64,000 bases of DNA from an uncultured Chloroflexia bacterium (GCA_963714835.1 CAVQPX010000007.1:83426-147425); one strand, 5' to 3'; counted from the first letter of the stretch, positions 37,507-48,769 are shown. A program made the numbers and translations. Notes: a model not told the origin generated them from the sequence alone.

Positions 37507-38421
37507 TCAGTCGGTAGCGCTTGCAGATGAGTCGGGACCACTTGCCCGAGGTCGATCGAGCCGGTCGGACCGCTCGCGGATCCACGCGGCACCGATGAGG
37601 ATGGCCTGGAAGACGATCCCCAGCCAGGCGAGCGCGGCGAACACCGTGGCGAGTGAACCGAGGACGGCGGCCGCGCCGATCAGCCGGGGAGCGATGAACA
37701 CGAACACGCGCGTCACGATCGTGAGCGCGATGGCGACCGCGATGGACGGGAGGACGATCGACCGCCAACTCGGGGTCCCCGCCGGAAGGAAGCGGTAGAC
37801 GACGCCGAGTGCGAGCACCGTGAACGCAGCACCGGCGAGACCGAACAAGGTCTCGACGGAGTCCGCGACGAACGACCCCGGCGTGACCGCATCGGCGAAG
37901 GCCGCCACGAACGACGCGACCCCGGCCAGGATCGCCCCGCCGACGACCGACGCGACCAGGACCAGGACCGACGCGAGTCCGATCGCATTGCGGACGAGCA
38001 GGTTGCGCTTCGATGCCCCGGACAGGATCCGCCCGAGAGCACTCTCAAGCGCGACGAGGAACCGCGAAGCCCCCCACGCCAGGGCGATCAGGCCCACGAT
38101 CGAAACCGACCTCGCCTCGGTGGTGAGCTGATCGAGCGACGAGCCGACGAGCGCGCGCAGCGGCGGCGCCACGGTCGAGATCGTGTCGACGAGCGTGGCC
38201 CGGTCGACCGGGTCGGCGAGGATGACACCGCTCACGCCCAACAGGAAGATCAGTGTGGGCACGATCGCGAAGAGCGCGGCATAGGCCAGGCCGCTTGCCA
38301 GCAGCGCGCCGCCGGCCGCGTCGTAGCGGGCCATGACCGCCTGGAATTCGCGGACGGGTCGGGAGCCAAGGATCGGCTGCAGGCGGGCCGTCCAGGCGTC
38401 CCGGCTCGGCAGGCCCGGCAT
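37507..38421 (-). CDS. YihY/BrkB-family membrane protein
   Basis: ...YDAAGGALLASGLAYAALFAIVPTLIFLLGV... and ...LIALAWGASRFLVALESAL..., with six predicted TM helices. The start is ATG 38421 (5 nt after the upstream stop) or TTG 38439. Confidence 0.75.
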   Translation of the reverse strand: MPGLPSRDAWTARLQPILGSRPVREFQAVMARYDAAGGALLASGLAYAALFAIVPTLIFLLGVSGVILADPVDRATLVDTISTVAPPLRALVGSSLDQLTTEARSVSIVGLIALAWGASRFLVALESALGRILSGASKRNLLVRNAIGLASVLVLVASVVGGAILAGVASFVAAFADAVTPGSFVADSVETLFGLAGAAFTVLALGVVYRFLPAGTPSWRSIVLPSIAVAIALTIVTRVFVFIAPRLIGAAAVLGSLATVFAALAWLGIVFQAILIGAAWIRERSDRLDRPRASGPDSSASATD

Positions 38422-38426
38422 CCGGT

Positions 38427-38663
38427 TCAGTCCGCCCAATCCTCGAAGAGCTGAGGCTGCAGGTCATCCGCACGGACCCGGCGGCGCGGAGCGACGAGCG
38501 CGCGAACCTCGGCCCGCCGGACGAACCGCCGTCCACCAAGCTTGATGCTCTGGAGCTTGCCGGACCGCGCCCAGCCGCCGATCGTGGCCGGCTGAAAGTG
38601 GACGTTGACCGCGGCGAGGAGCTCCGAGGCTTCGGCCAGGCTGATCCAGTCAGTTGCCGCCAT
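38427..38663 (-). CDS. Small helix-turn-helix DNA-binding protein (excisionase/MerR-like, BldC-type)
   Basis: 78 aa. WISLAEASELLAAVNVHFQPATIGGWARSGKLQSIKLGGRRFVRRAEVRALV fits the excisionase-family HTH pattern. Confidence 0.65.
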   Translation of the reverse strand: MAATDWISLAEASELLAAVNVHFQPATIGGWARSGKLQSIKLGGRRFVRRAEVRALVAPRRRVRADDLQPQLFEDWAD

Positions 38664-38666
38664 CGG

Positions 38667-39056
38667 TCAATCGGTCCCCGTGGTTCCCGTGGCGCTTCCC
38701 GAAGACGTTTGAGGCGCCGGCGTCCTCGCGCCGGTCGCAGTTGACGACGGATCGCCGCCCCCACCCGCCTGACCGAGCCCTTTGCCCTTCTCGGCAGTGG
38801 GCGCCTCCCCCGCGGTCGGCTTCGACGGAACTTCGGGATCGGCAGCGGTCGAGTCGCGTGACTTCGAGGCGCTTGCCGCATGTCGTTCCTTCTTCGCCCA
38901 GCCGGTGCCCTTGAAATGCACGGCAGACGCGACCACGGCCTTCGTCACGGGGCCGCCGCCACATGCCGGGCAGGTCTCCGGCCCCGCAGCGAACACCCCG
39001 TGGATGACTTCGAAGCGGTGGCGACAGGTGCCACAGCGATAGTCGTAGATCGGCAT
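38667..39056 (-). CDS. FmdB-family zinc-ribbon protein with a disordered C-terminus (Ruc-like)
   Basis: ATG 39056 gives MPIYDYRCGTCRHRFEVIHGVFAAGPETCPACGGGPVTK, the CxxC...CxxC FmdB ribbon. About 90 low-complexity residues rich in S, T, G, A, P and K follow. Confidence 0.8.
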   Translation of the reverse strand: MPIYDYRCGTCRHRFEVIHGVFAAGPETCPACGGGPVTKAVVASAVHFKGTGWAKKERHAASASKSRDSTAADPEVPSKPTAGEAPTAEKGKGLGQAGGGGDPSSTATGARTPAPQTSSGSATGTTGTD

Positions 39057-39072
39057 GGTCGACCGGTCCGCC

Positions 39073-39831
39073 CTAGCCGCGCAGCATGCGCATCCCGCAC
39101 TTCGGGCAGTAGAAGGCCCGTTCGTGTCCGGATGCAAAGCCGCAGTGGGCGCAGACGAGTCCGCCGCGTCCGGCGGCCGGGACCGGTCGCTCCACGGCGG
39201 TCAGACCCATCGAATGGCGGCTCGCGAGGATGTTCGTGAGCAGGTTGCCCAGGAGACGGGTCGCGATCCGGTCCGTGTCGCCCCGGGCCCCCTTGCCGCC
39301 CCAGCCGACGACGGCGCGGACGATGAGGTCGCCGCTCACCTCGTCCCAGTGAGCGGCCACGCCACCCAGGACCGCGTTGTACTCGGGATAGCCCGAGGTA
39401 TCCACCTCTCCGTCCAGCAGGGCGCAGACGAACGTGTCGAAGGCCAGATCGACGGCATCGATGGACTCGAGGATGAGCAGCGCGTGGCGCGTGATCGGTG
39501 AATGGACGTGGTGGGCATTGAGCCACTGCATCGCTTCGGAGGGACGCACGATCGACGGAGCCGCCTGGCTGAACTCCATGGGGAGCGGCTCGACGACCTC
39601 GATCTCCGACTTCGCGAACCCGACGAGCATCGACGGGAGTTCGGCCACGAGCTGGGGGCCGCCCTGCATCCGGACGCCCTCGCTGCTCTTTCCTGCATAG
39701 GACAGCTTGAGCGCGTACTCCTGGGCCACGACCTCCTCGGGTAGGGCTGTCGAGGACACCGCCGACGATGGGGCGTCCGGCGCGGGTTCGTCCGGGTCGG
39801 GCCCGCGGCGTTTGAGGAAGTCGAGTGGCAC
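39073..39831 (-). CDS. Hypothetical protein with a C-terminal zinc ribbon
   Basis: GTG 39831 is preceded by GGGAGA. The 252-aa product ends ...GLVCAHCGFASGHERAFYCPKCGMRMLRG (CxxC-x10-CxxC). I do not recognise the N-terminal ~210 aa. Confidence 0.55.
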   Translation of the reverse strand: MPLDFLKRRGPDPDEPAPDAPSSAVSSTALPEEVVAQEYALKLSYAGKSSEGVRMQGGPQLVAELPSMLVGFAKSEIEVVEPLPMEFSQAAPSIVRPSEAMQWLNAHHVHSPITRHALLILESIDAVDLAFDTFVCALLDGEVDTSGYPEYNAVLGGVAAHWDEVSGDLIVRAVVGWGGKGARGDTDRIATRLLGNLLTNILASRHSMGLTAVERPVPAAGRGGLVCAHCGFASGHERAFYCPKCGMRMLRG

Positions 39832-39920
39832 GTTGTCTCCCAGATCGAACTGTCGAAAACGACCGGTACCTATCGTAGCAGCGTGCGTGACGCGGGCTCG
39901 GAGCCGCCGGCACGGCACGG

Positions 39921-39949
39921 TTGACGGCTCGCCCCAGATACGGTTAACT
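39921..39949 (+). promoter_or_regulatory. Candidate sigma-70-type promoter upstream of the LacI gene
   Basis: TTGACG (39921-39926), 17-nt spacer, TTAACT (39944-39949), in a locally AT-richer patch. Two copies of CGCGTTA follow. Sequence-only prediction. Confidence 0.3.
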
Positions 39950-40023
39950 CGCGTTAGTTACACGCGTTACCCCCATGACACTCGGGCTGTGACGCGATCC
40001 ATCCTCTCCCAGGGAGCCCCCTA

Positions 40024-41079
40024 TTGCCCGAGCGATCCCGACCGCCGACCAGTGCCGATGTCGCTGCCCGCGCAGGCGTCTCGCGAACGACTGTCTCGTT
40101 CGTCCTGAATCGCCGGCCCGGCGTCCAGATCAGCGCGGGTACCCGGTCCAGGGTCCTCGAAGCGGCGCGCGAATTGGGCTACCGGCCCCACCCGGGGGCG
40201 CGCCACCTCGCGAGCGGGCGAACATCGCTGGTGAGCCTCGTGCTGCGCCAGACGCCGGACCAGATCGCGAGCGACGCCTTCCTGGCAGAGACGGTGCGCG
40301 GACTCTCGGAGTCCATGTCGGGAGACGGCTACCGGATCACGATCGACTCGATCCCTCATGGGAACGGCGAACTCGGCGACCTGGTCCGCACGCAGCATCT
40401 CGATGGGATCGTCCTGTCGGGACCGCGCTTCGACGACGCCGACCTCAAGGCGTTGCTGGCCGACGACTTCCCGGTCGTCATCCAGGGATCGCTGCCCGGG
40501 GCCCACGGGACGAGCGTCGACGTCGACAACTTCGCCGGGGCGCGGGAGGCCGTCCTGCACCTGGTCGCGATGGGACGCGGGCGGATCGCCTTCGTCTCCA
40601 ACGGACCGCTGGAGTACACCGTCGCCCAGCAGCGACTCGACGGCTATCGGGCCGGCCTGGCCGAGATGAGCATCCCGTTCGACGAGTCGCTCGTGGCGTA
40701 CGGCGCCTTCGATGCGCCGAGCGGGCACCGGGCGATCGACGCGATCATCGGCCGGGGCACGCACTTCGACGCGGTCTTCGCGGCGAGCGACGTGGTCGCC
40801 CTGGGCGTGATCGGCGGGTTGAACCTGAGCGGCCGGACGATCCCGGACGACGTCGCGCTGGTCGGATTCGACGACATCCCCGTCGCCGCCTACCTGCATC
40901 CCCCATTGACCACCATCCGCGTCCCCGCGTTCGACCTCGGCCTGACGGCCGGCCGGGCGCTCCTGGACGTTATCGGTGGGCGGCCCGTTCCCGCCCGAAC
41001 ACTCCTGCCGACCGAGTTGATCGTGCGCGGCAGCACCAGCGGTGCGGCATCGCCCGCCCAGGGAGGGCCAGCACCATGA
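40024..41079 (+). CDS. LacI-family transcriptional regulator
   Basis: TTG start. N-terminal HTH TSADVAARAGVSRTTVSFVLN, then a periplasmic-binding-protein-like sugar-binding fold (...VGFDDIPVAAYLHPPLTTI...). Confidence 0.85.
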   Translation: MPERSRPPTSADVAARAGVSRTTVSFVLNRRPGVQISAGTRSRVLEAARELGYRPHPGARHLASGRTSLVSLVLRQTPDQIASDAFLAETVRGLSESMSGDGYRITIDSIPHGNGELGDLVRTQHLDGIVLSGPRFDDADLKALLADDFPVVIQGSLPGAHGTSVDVDNFAGAREAVLHLVAMGRGRIAFVSNGPLEYTVAQQRLDGYRAGLAEMSIPFDESLVAYGAFDAPSGHRAIDAIIGRGTHFDAVFAASDVVALGVIGGLNLSGRTIPDDVALVGFDDIPVAAYLHPPLTTIRVPAFDLGLTAGRALLDVIGGRPVPARTLLPTELIVRGSTSGAASPAQGGPAP

Positions 41080-41203
41080 ACCTTGCCGTTCGGCCGGCGC
41101 CACGGTCGAACACGGATACGGCCTCACCCGATCGACGTGACCGGGAGGGCCAGGAGGAGCGGATCACGGGGGGATCCCGTCGATCCGGCGAAAGGAGTTT
41201 CGG

Positions 41204-42466
41204 ATGAGCAAACACGTAGGAGGCTTCCGCAAGATCGGCGTTCTGATGGCCGCCGGGGTCCTCGCGTTCGCCGCGTGTACGCCGTCGGACGGCGGCAGCG
41301 AAGGCGGCACGGTCACGGTGATCGGGTCATGGGGTGGCGCCGAGGAGGAGGCGTTCCGGGCCATGGTCAAGCCGTGGGAGGACCGCACCGGCAACACCGT
41401 CAAGTACACGGGCACGCGCGGACTGGCGACGGTCCTGACGACGGGCGTCGCATCGGGCATCCTGCCCGATCTGGCCGGCCTGCCCGGCCCCGGCGAGCTG
41501 CGCGAGTTCGCCGAGCTCGGCGCGCTGCTGCCGCTCGATGACGTGCTGGATGTCGAGACCTACAAGGCCGAGACATCGCCGGCGTTCGTCGACCTGGGGA
41601 CCGTCAACGGTCAGATCCACGGCGTGTTCGTCAAGAGCGCGCTGAAGGGGCTGATCTGGTACAACACCGGGACCTTCACAGGGCCGGCGCCCTCGACCTG
41701 GGACGACGTCATGGGGACGTCGACCGGCAGCGCAGCCAGCCTGTGGTGCGTGGGCCTCGAGTCCGGCGCGGACTCCGGGTGGCCCGGAACGGACTGGATC
41801 GAGGACCTCGTCCTGCGTGTGTCCGGCCCGGACGTCTACGACAAGTGGGTCGATGGCACGCAGAAGTGGTCGTCGCCCGAGATCAAGGCGGCGTTCCTCG
41901 AGTTCGGCAAGGTGCTGGACAAGAGCTTCGGCGGGGCCGAGACCGTCAACGCGACGAACTTCGGTGCCGGCGCGAACCCCATGTTCACGGACCCGCCCGG
42001 GTGCCTGTTCCACCATCAGGCCAGCTTCATCACCTCCTTCTTCAAGGAGCAGGGCGGAGCGGTCGACGGGCAGTTCGACTTCTTCCCGATGCCCGACATC
42101 AACCCGGCCTACGCCGGAGCGTTCACCGGAGCGGGCGACCTCTTCGGGATGTTCAACGACACCCCGGAGGCACGCGACCTCCTGAAGTACCTCGTCACAG
42201 CCGAAGCCCAGGCGATCTGGGTCGGTCTCGGTGGCGCCCTCTCGGGCAACACCAAGGTGACGAACTATCCGAACGACGTCGACAAGCGTTCGGCCGAGGC
42301 CCTCGGCTCGGCGAAGATCTTCCGCTTCGACGGCGGCGATCTCATGCCGAACCAGATGAAGGCAGCGTTCTTCAGCGCCATGGTCGACTTCGCTCAGGAT
42401 CAGTCCAAGCTGGACGCCATCCTGGCCGATCTTGACGCGACGCAGGAGAGCGCCTACGCCGAGTAG
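41204..42466 (+). CDS. Sugar ABC transporter substrate-binding lipoprotein (family 1 SBP)
   Basis: AAAGGAG RBS. Lipoprotein signal MAAGVLAFAAC. The 420-aa product has an SBP_bac_1-like pattern, and two MalF/MalG-type permease genes follow. Confidence 0.8.
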   Translation: MSKHVGGFRKIGVLMAAGVLAFAACTPSDGGSEGGTVTVIGSWGGAEEEAFRAMVKPWEDRTGNTVKYTGTRGLATVLTTGVASGILPDLAGLPGPGELREFAELGALLPLDDVLDVETYKAETSPAFVDLGTVNGQIHGVFVKSALKGLIWYNTGTFTGPAPSTWDDVMGTSTGSAASLWCVGLESGADSGWPGTDWIEDLVLRVSGPDVYDKWVDGTQKWSSPEIKAAFLEFGKVLDKSFGGAETVNATNFGAGANPMFTDPPGCLFHHQASFITSFFKEQGGAVDGQFDFFPMPDINPAYAGAFTGAGDLFGMFNDTPEARDLLKYLVTAEAQAIWVGLGGALSGNTKVTNYPNDVDKRSAEALGSAKIFRFDGGDLMPNQMKAAFFSAMVDFAQDQSKLDAILADLDATQESAYAE

Positions 42467-42476
42467 GCAACGCACC

Positions 42477-42502
42477 GAGGTGGCCGGCTCGCCGGCCACC
42501 TC
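42477..42502 (+). promoter_or_regulatory. Intercistronic GC-rich stem-loop between the SBP and permease genes
   Basis: gaggtggccggc-tc-gccggccacctc has perfect 12-nt complementary arms and no U-tract. The position is typical of mRNA-stabilising or attenuating hairpins after ABC binding-protein genes. Confidence 0.45.
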
Positions 42503-42520
42503 GCAATCTCGGAGGGATCC

Positions 42521-43492
42521 ATGGATGACCGGCTGATCACCGCGGCCATCGTGTTGTTCGGCGTCCCGGCGGTCCTCGTCGGGTACATCCTCTTGACCGA
42601 GCGCGCGCTGCGTTCGCTGCCCGAGCGTCACCAGGGCCGGATCCGACCATGGATCTGGATCTCCCCGGCGTTCGCGTTCCTGATCGTGTTCCTGATCTAC
42701 CCGACCATCAACACGTTCCTGCTGTCGTTCCAGGACCGCCTCTCGCGCGCGTGGGTCGGCCTGGCGAATTACGAGTACTTCTTTACCGACTCCGGAACGC
42801 TGGAAAGCTTGTTCAACAGCGTCCTCTGGGTCGTCTTCATGACCGGCGGCGTGGTGGCCCTCGGCCTGATCATCGCGATCCTCGTCGATCGCGTCCGCTA
42901 CGAATCGCTGGCCAAGACGGCCATCTTCGTGCCGCTCTCGATCAGCTTCGTCGCGGCGGCGATCATCTGGTCGTTCATGTACCAGTTCCAGGCGCCGGGT
43001 ACGACCCAGACCGGAACGCTCAACTCGCTGATCGAGATCGTCGGCCTCGGACCCGTGGCATGGACCCAGACCGAGCCCCTGAACAACCTGGCCCTGATCT
43101 TCATCGGGGTGTGGATGTGGACCGGGTTCGCGATGGTCATCCTGTCGGCCGGGCTCAAGGGGATCAGCACGGAGCTGCTCGAGGCGGCCCGTGTCGACGG
43201 AGCCAACGAGTGGCAGGTCTTCCGAAGGATCATCCTGCCGCTGCTCATGCCCACGATCTTCGTCGTGGGCACGACGATCGTCATCACCGCGCTCAAGTCC
43301 TTCGACATCGTCTACACCGTGACGAACGGGAACTTCGGGACCGATGTCATCGCGCGGAAGATGTACGAGGAGATGTTCATCAACAGCCACTTCGGCAGAG
43401 CGAGCGCGGTCGCGATCGTGCTGCTCCTGACGATCATCCCGTTCATGGCCTTGAACATCCGCCGGTTCCGTGAGCAGGAGGCGATCCGATGA
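42521..43492 (+). CDS. Carbohydrate ABC transporter permease (MalF-like)
   Basis: 323 aa, six TM helices, EAA loop LLEAARVDGANEWQVFRRIILP. Confidence 0.85.
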   Translation: MDDRLITAAIVLFGVPAVLVGYILLTERALRSLPERHQGRIRPWIWISPAFAFLIVFLIYPTINTFLLSFQDRLSRAWVGLANYEYFFTDSGTLESLFNSVLWVVFMTGGVVALGLIIAILVDRVRYESLAKTAIFVPLSISFVAAAIIWSFMYQFQAPGTTQTGTLNSLIEIVGLGPVAWTQTEPLNNLALIFIGVWMWTGFAMVILSAGLKGISTELLEAARVDGANEWQVFRRIILPLLMPTIFVVGTTIVITALKSFDIVYTVTNGNFGTDVIARKMYEEMFINSHFGRASAVAIVLLLTIIPFMALNIRRFREQEAIR

Positions 43493-44379
43493 CCGCTACC
43501 AGCGGTGCTCGCGTCGCGTCTGGCGGCGGCGGGTCGGCGCGCCGGTCCCTCGGGCGCTGGCCGCTCCACTTCATCATCGGCATCCTGATCGTGATCTGGG
43601 TCGTCCCGACCCTCGGCCTGTTCATCAACTCGTTCCGGCCGGCGGCCGATGTGGCGAACTCGGGCTGGTGGACATCGCTCGTCCCACCGTGGGACTTCAC
43701 CATCGCGAACTACGAGCACGTCCTCGCCCGCAACGGGTTGGCCGAGGCGTTCATCAACAGCCTGTTCATCACGATCCCGGCCACCGTGATCACGGTGCTC
43801 ATCGCCGCGTTCGCCGCGTATGCGTTCGCCTGGATGGACTTCCCGTTCAAGAACGTCCTGTTCGTCGCCGTCGTCGGGCTTCTCGTGATCCCGCTGCAGT
43901 CGACGCTCATCCCCGTGCTGAAGCTGTTCGCCTCGACCGGGATCGCCGGGACCTTCCTCGCGGTCTGGCTGGCCCACACCGGGTACGGCTTGCCGTTCGC
44001 GATCTACCTGCTGCGCAACTACATGGGCGGATTGCCGCGCGAGGTCTTCGAATCGGCGGCGATCGATGGGGCCGGTCCGGCCACGTCCTTCTTCCGACTC
44101 GCCATCCCGATGAGCGTGCCGGTCCTGGCATCGCTCGCCATCTTCCAGTTCCTGTTCGTCTGGAACGACCTGCTCGTGGCGCTGATCTACATCGGTGCGA
44201 CGAACTCGGAGAACCTGCCCCTGACGGTCGTGGTCTCGAACCTCGTCAGTTCGGTGGGCGGGGAGACGCACTTCCTGACGGCCGCGGCGTTCATCACGAT
44301 GATCCTGCCGCTCGTCGTCTTCATCGCACTCCAGCGCTACTTCGTGCGTGGCATCACGGGCGGGGCTGTGAAGGGCTGA
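43489..44379 (+). CDS. Carbohydrate ABC transporter permease (MalG-like)
   Basis: 296 aa, ATGA-coupled to the previous gene, EAA loop VFESAAIDGAGPATSFFRLAIP. Confidence 0.85.
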   Translation: MTATSGARVASGGGGSARRSLGRWPLHFIIGILIVIWVVPTLGLFINSFRPAADVANSGWWTSLVPPWDFTIANYEHVLARNGLAEAFINSLFITIPATVITVLIAAFAAYAFAWMDFPFKNVLFVAVVGLLVIPLQSTLIPVLKLFASTGIAGTFLAVWLAHTGYGLPFAIYLLRNYMGGLPREVFESAAIDGAGPATSFFRLAIPMSVPVLASLAIFQFLFVWNDLLVALIYIGATNSENLPLTVVVSNLVSSVGGETHFLTAAAFITMILPLVVFIALQRYFVRGITGGAVKG

Positions 44380-44451
44380 CCCACCGGTCCGCCAACCGAC
44401 CGATGCGTGGGGTCGACCCGGCTCCACGCATCGTCATGTCCGATCGCGAAT

Positions 44452-47202
<2,751 letters not shown>

Positions 47203-47240
47203 TCCCCTGCCCTGTCAATCGTTCGACGCCCGCCCGCCAC

Positions 47241-47279
47241 CGAAAAACGAAACGCCCGCTCGTCCAGCGGACGAACGGG
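47241..47279 (-). terminator. Intrinsic terminator of the valS T-box leader
   Basis: On the minus-strand RNA, CCCGUUCGUCC-GCU-GGACGAGCGGG forms an 11-bp stem with one G-U pair, followed by CGUUUCGUUUUUCGG. It overlaps the T-box sequence needed for the alternative antiterminator. Confidence 0.7.
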
Positions 47280-47485
47280 TCGTGGTGCCACCTGCTGGTT
47301 CGGTGTCTCGGGGCCGCAGCGCCATCGCGAGCGATCCTGGGTCCGTGACACCCTCTCGACGCTCTATCGGGCGTCTCCCGCGCGGCTCGCGAGCAACGTT
47401 CGCGCCTCCGGTCCCGCGCGGCTCACACCGTCCCACGCTCGCTCGGCGGCCGGGGAGGCGCTACTCCTCTCGGTCGGCACCGCAG
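47241..47485 (-). promoter_or_regulatory. T-box riboswitch leader (valine, GUU specifier) controlling valS
   Basis: Stem I: ...CGAGAGGAGUA-GCGCCUCC...GGAGGCGC-GAAC-GUU-G-CUCG, with AGUA and GAA S-turn elements and a distal AGCGAGCGUGGGACGGUGUGAGCC region. The conserved T-box is AGCAGGUGGCACCACGACCC (47277-47296), followed by the terminator. GUU is at 47395-47397. Confidence 0.75.
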
Positions 47486-47560
47486 GCCGGGAGTGTAGCA
47501 CGGGGCTGGAGACGCCCCGTCAGGGGACCGCCCCTGCCGACGTGCCGCCCGATCTGGCAC

Positions 47561-48238
47561 TCAGTCGCGTTCGACGGTGCGAGCGATGCCGTCGATGAGC
47601 CAGCCAAGGCTCGTCTCGAACGCGACCGCGTCCGGCGGCCGGGCCAGCAATTCGGCGAGTCCGGCCACCCTTGGCGTTTCGGCGGATGTGGCGAACGCCG
47701 CGCGGCTGCGGGCCGCGCGATCTTCGGGATCGGGATCGGAGCGTCGGGGAGCATCGAGCACGACCGAGCCGAACGTGAAGGTCAAGAGCGCGCGCAGCGC
47801 TTCGACGGCAGGCGGGCCCTCGATCCCGCCGCGCGCGAGAAGACCCAGTGTCCCCTCCCCCAGGGATCGAGCGTTGGGGCCGCGCATCGGTCGGGACATC
47901 AGATGCGGAAACAGGTCCGCGTGATTGAGCAGCATCGAACGCGACGCCACCATGAGAGCAACCAGGCCGGCCCTCCAGTCCGCGTCGTCGACTCCGGTCG
48001 CGTCGACCTCGTCGAGCAAGGAATCAAAGACGGCATCGACGAGCGTCGCCTTGTCGGCGAAGTGGCTGTAGAGCGCATTCGGGGCGACACCGAGGCGTTC
48101 GGCCACCCGCCGCATCGTCAATGCATCGGCGCCGTCGTGCTGGACGAGATCACGACCCGCAGCCAGGACCGCGTCGGCGGTCAGTCCTGCGCGATTGCCG
48201 GGTCGCCGGTGTCGTGGCGCGAGAGGCTTCGATGCCAT
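47561..48238 (-). CDS. TetR-family transcriptional regulator
   Basis: N-terminal HTH LTMRRVAERLGVAPNALYSHFADKATL; 225 aa; divergent from the VOC gene. Confidence 0.85.
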   Translation of the reverse strand: MASKPLAPRHRRPGNRAGLTADAVLAAGRDLVQHDGADALTMRRVAERLGVAPNALYSHFADKATLVDAVFDSLLDEVDATGVDDADWRAGLVALMVASRSMLLNHADLFPHLMSRPMRGPNARSLGEGTLGLLARGGIEGPPAVEALRALLTFTFGSVVLDAPRRSDPDPEDRAARSRAAFATSAETPRVAGLAELLARPPDAVAFETSLGWLIDGIARTVERD

Positions 48239-48260
48239 CAGACCACCCCGTGAACGGTGC

Positions 48261-48309
48261 TTGACGGACTGTACTGTACGACGTACAGTATCTGCTGTAC
48301 AGGGTACAG
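48261..48309 (+). promoter_or_regulatory. Candidate promoter overlapped by palindromic (TetR-type) operator sites
   Basis: TTGACG (48261-48266), 17-nt spacer, TACAGT (48284-48289). A 19-bp palindrome TACTGTACG-A-CGTACAGTA (48272-48290) covers the -10 element. A second inverted repeat, CTGTAC-AGG-GTACAG, lies at 48295-48309. Confidence 0.55.
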
Positions 48310-48349
48310 TTTAGCAGGCCCTGACAGACAGCCGCAGGAGGTTGGAAGG

Positions 48350-48769
48350 ATGCAAGCGAGCACGTTCATCTGGGCCGAGCTCATGTCCCGGGATCCAGAG
48401 GTATCCGAGCGCTTCTACGAGCGGGTCGTCGGCCTGTCGAGCGTCCCGCTCGGCGGGGTCGACGGCTACCGAGTCCTCGTCGCGGCGGGTCGCCCGATCG
48501 CAGGGCTGACGGGTCCGCGGCCCGACTCCGATGTCTGGCCATCGGGGGGTCCGACCGGCCACTGGGTCGGATACTTCCGGTCGGACGATGTCGACGCTGC
48601 CTCGGGGCTGACCATGGAGCTCGGTGGCTCAGTCCTGCTCGGGCCGCTCGACGTTCCCGGCACCGGGCGCGTCGCCGTCTTGCGCGATCCCGACGGCGCG
48701 ACGTTCGGGGTGTTCCATCCGATCGATCCGTCGGTCGACGGGTCGTCGTCCGAGCAGCCGGAGGGCTGA
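48350..48769 (+). CDS. VOC (glyoxalase/bleomycin-resistance/dioxygenase) family protein
   Basis: ATG 48350 follows GGAGG/GGAAGG. The 139-aa product reads FIWAELMSRDPEVSERFYERVVGL...HWVGYFRSDDVDA...GRVAVLRDPDGATFGVF, typical of small VOC proteins. Confidence 0.7.
   Translation: MQASTFIWAELMSRDPEVSERFYERVVGLSSVPLGGVDGYRVLVAAGRPIAGLTGPRPDSDVWPSGGPTGHWVGYFRSDDVDAASGLTMELGGSVLLGPLDVPGTGRVAVLRDPDGATFGVFHPIDPSVDGSSSEQPEG

Noticed and set aside
44402-44432. A hairpin, GATGCGTGG-N13-CCACGCATC, between the convergent permease and valS genes, considered as a bidirectional terminator.
   Set aside because: It has only a 9-bp stem, a large 13-nt loop and no flanking U/A tracts. That is too weak to call a terminator with confidence.
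47215-47436. A 73-aa minus-strand ORF upstream of valS.
   Set aside because: It lies entirely within the T-box leader (Stem I to terminator). Its sequence is junk-like and it has no SD sequence.
47486-47560. Three consecutive GC-rich hairpins between the TetR stop and the T-box Stem I, plus a TACACT -10-like box at 47492-47497.
   Set aside because: There are no U-tracts to support terminators and no convincing -35 element at 16-19 nt spacing. I could not assign them confidently to a TetR terminator, the valS promoter or extra leader structure.
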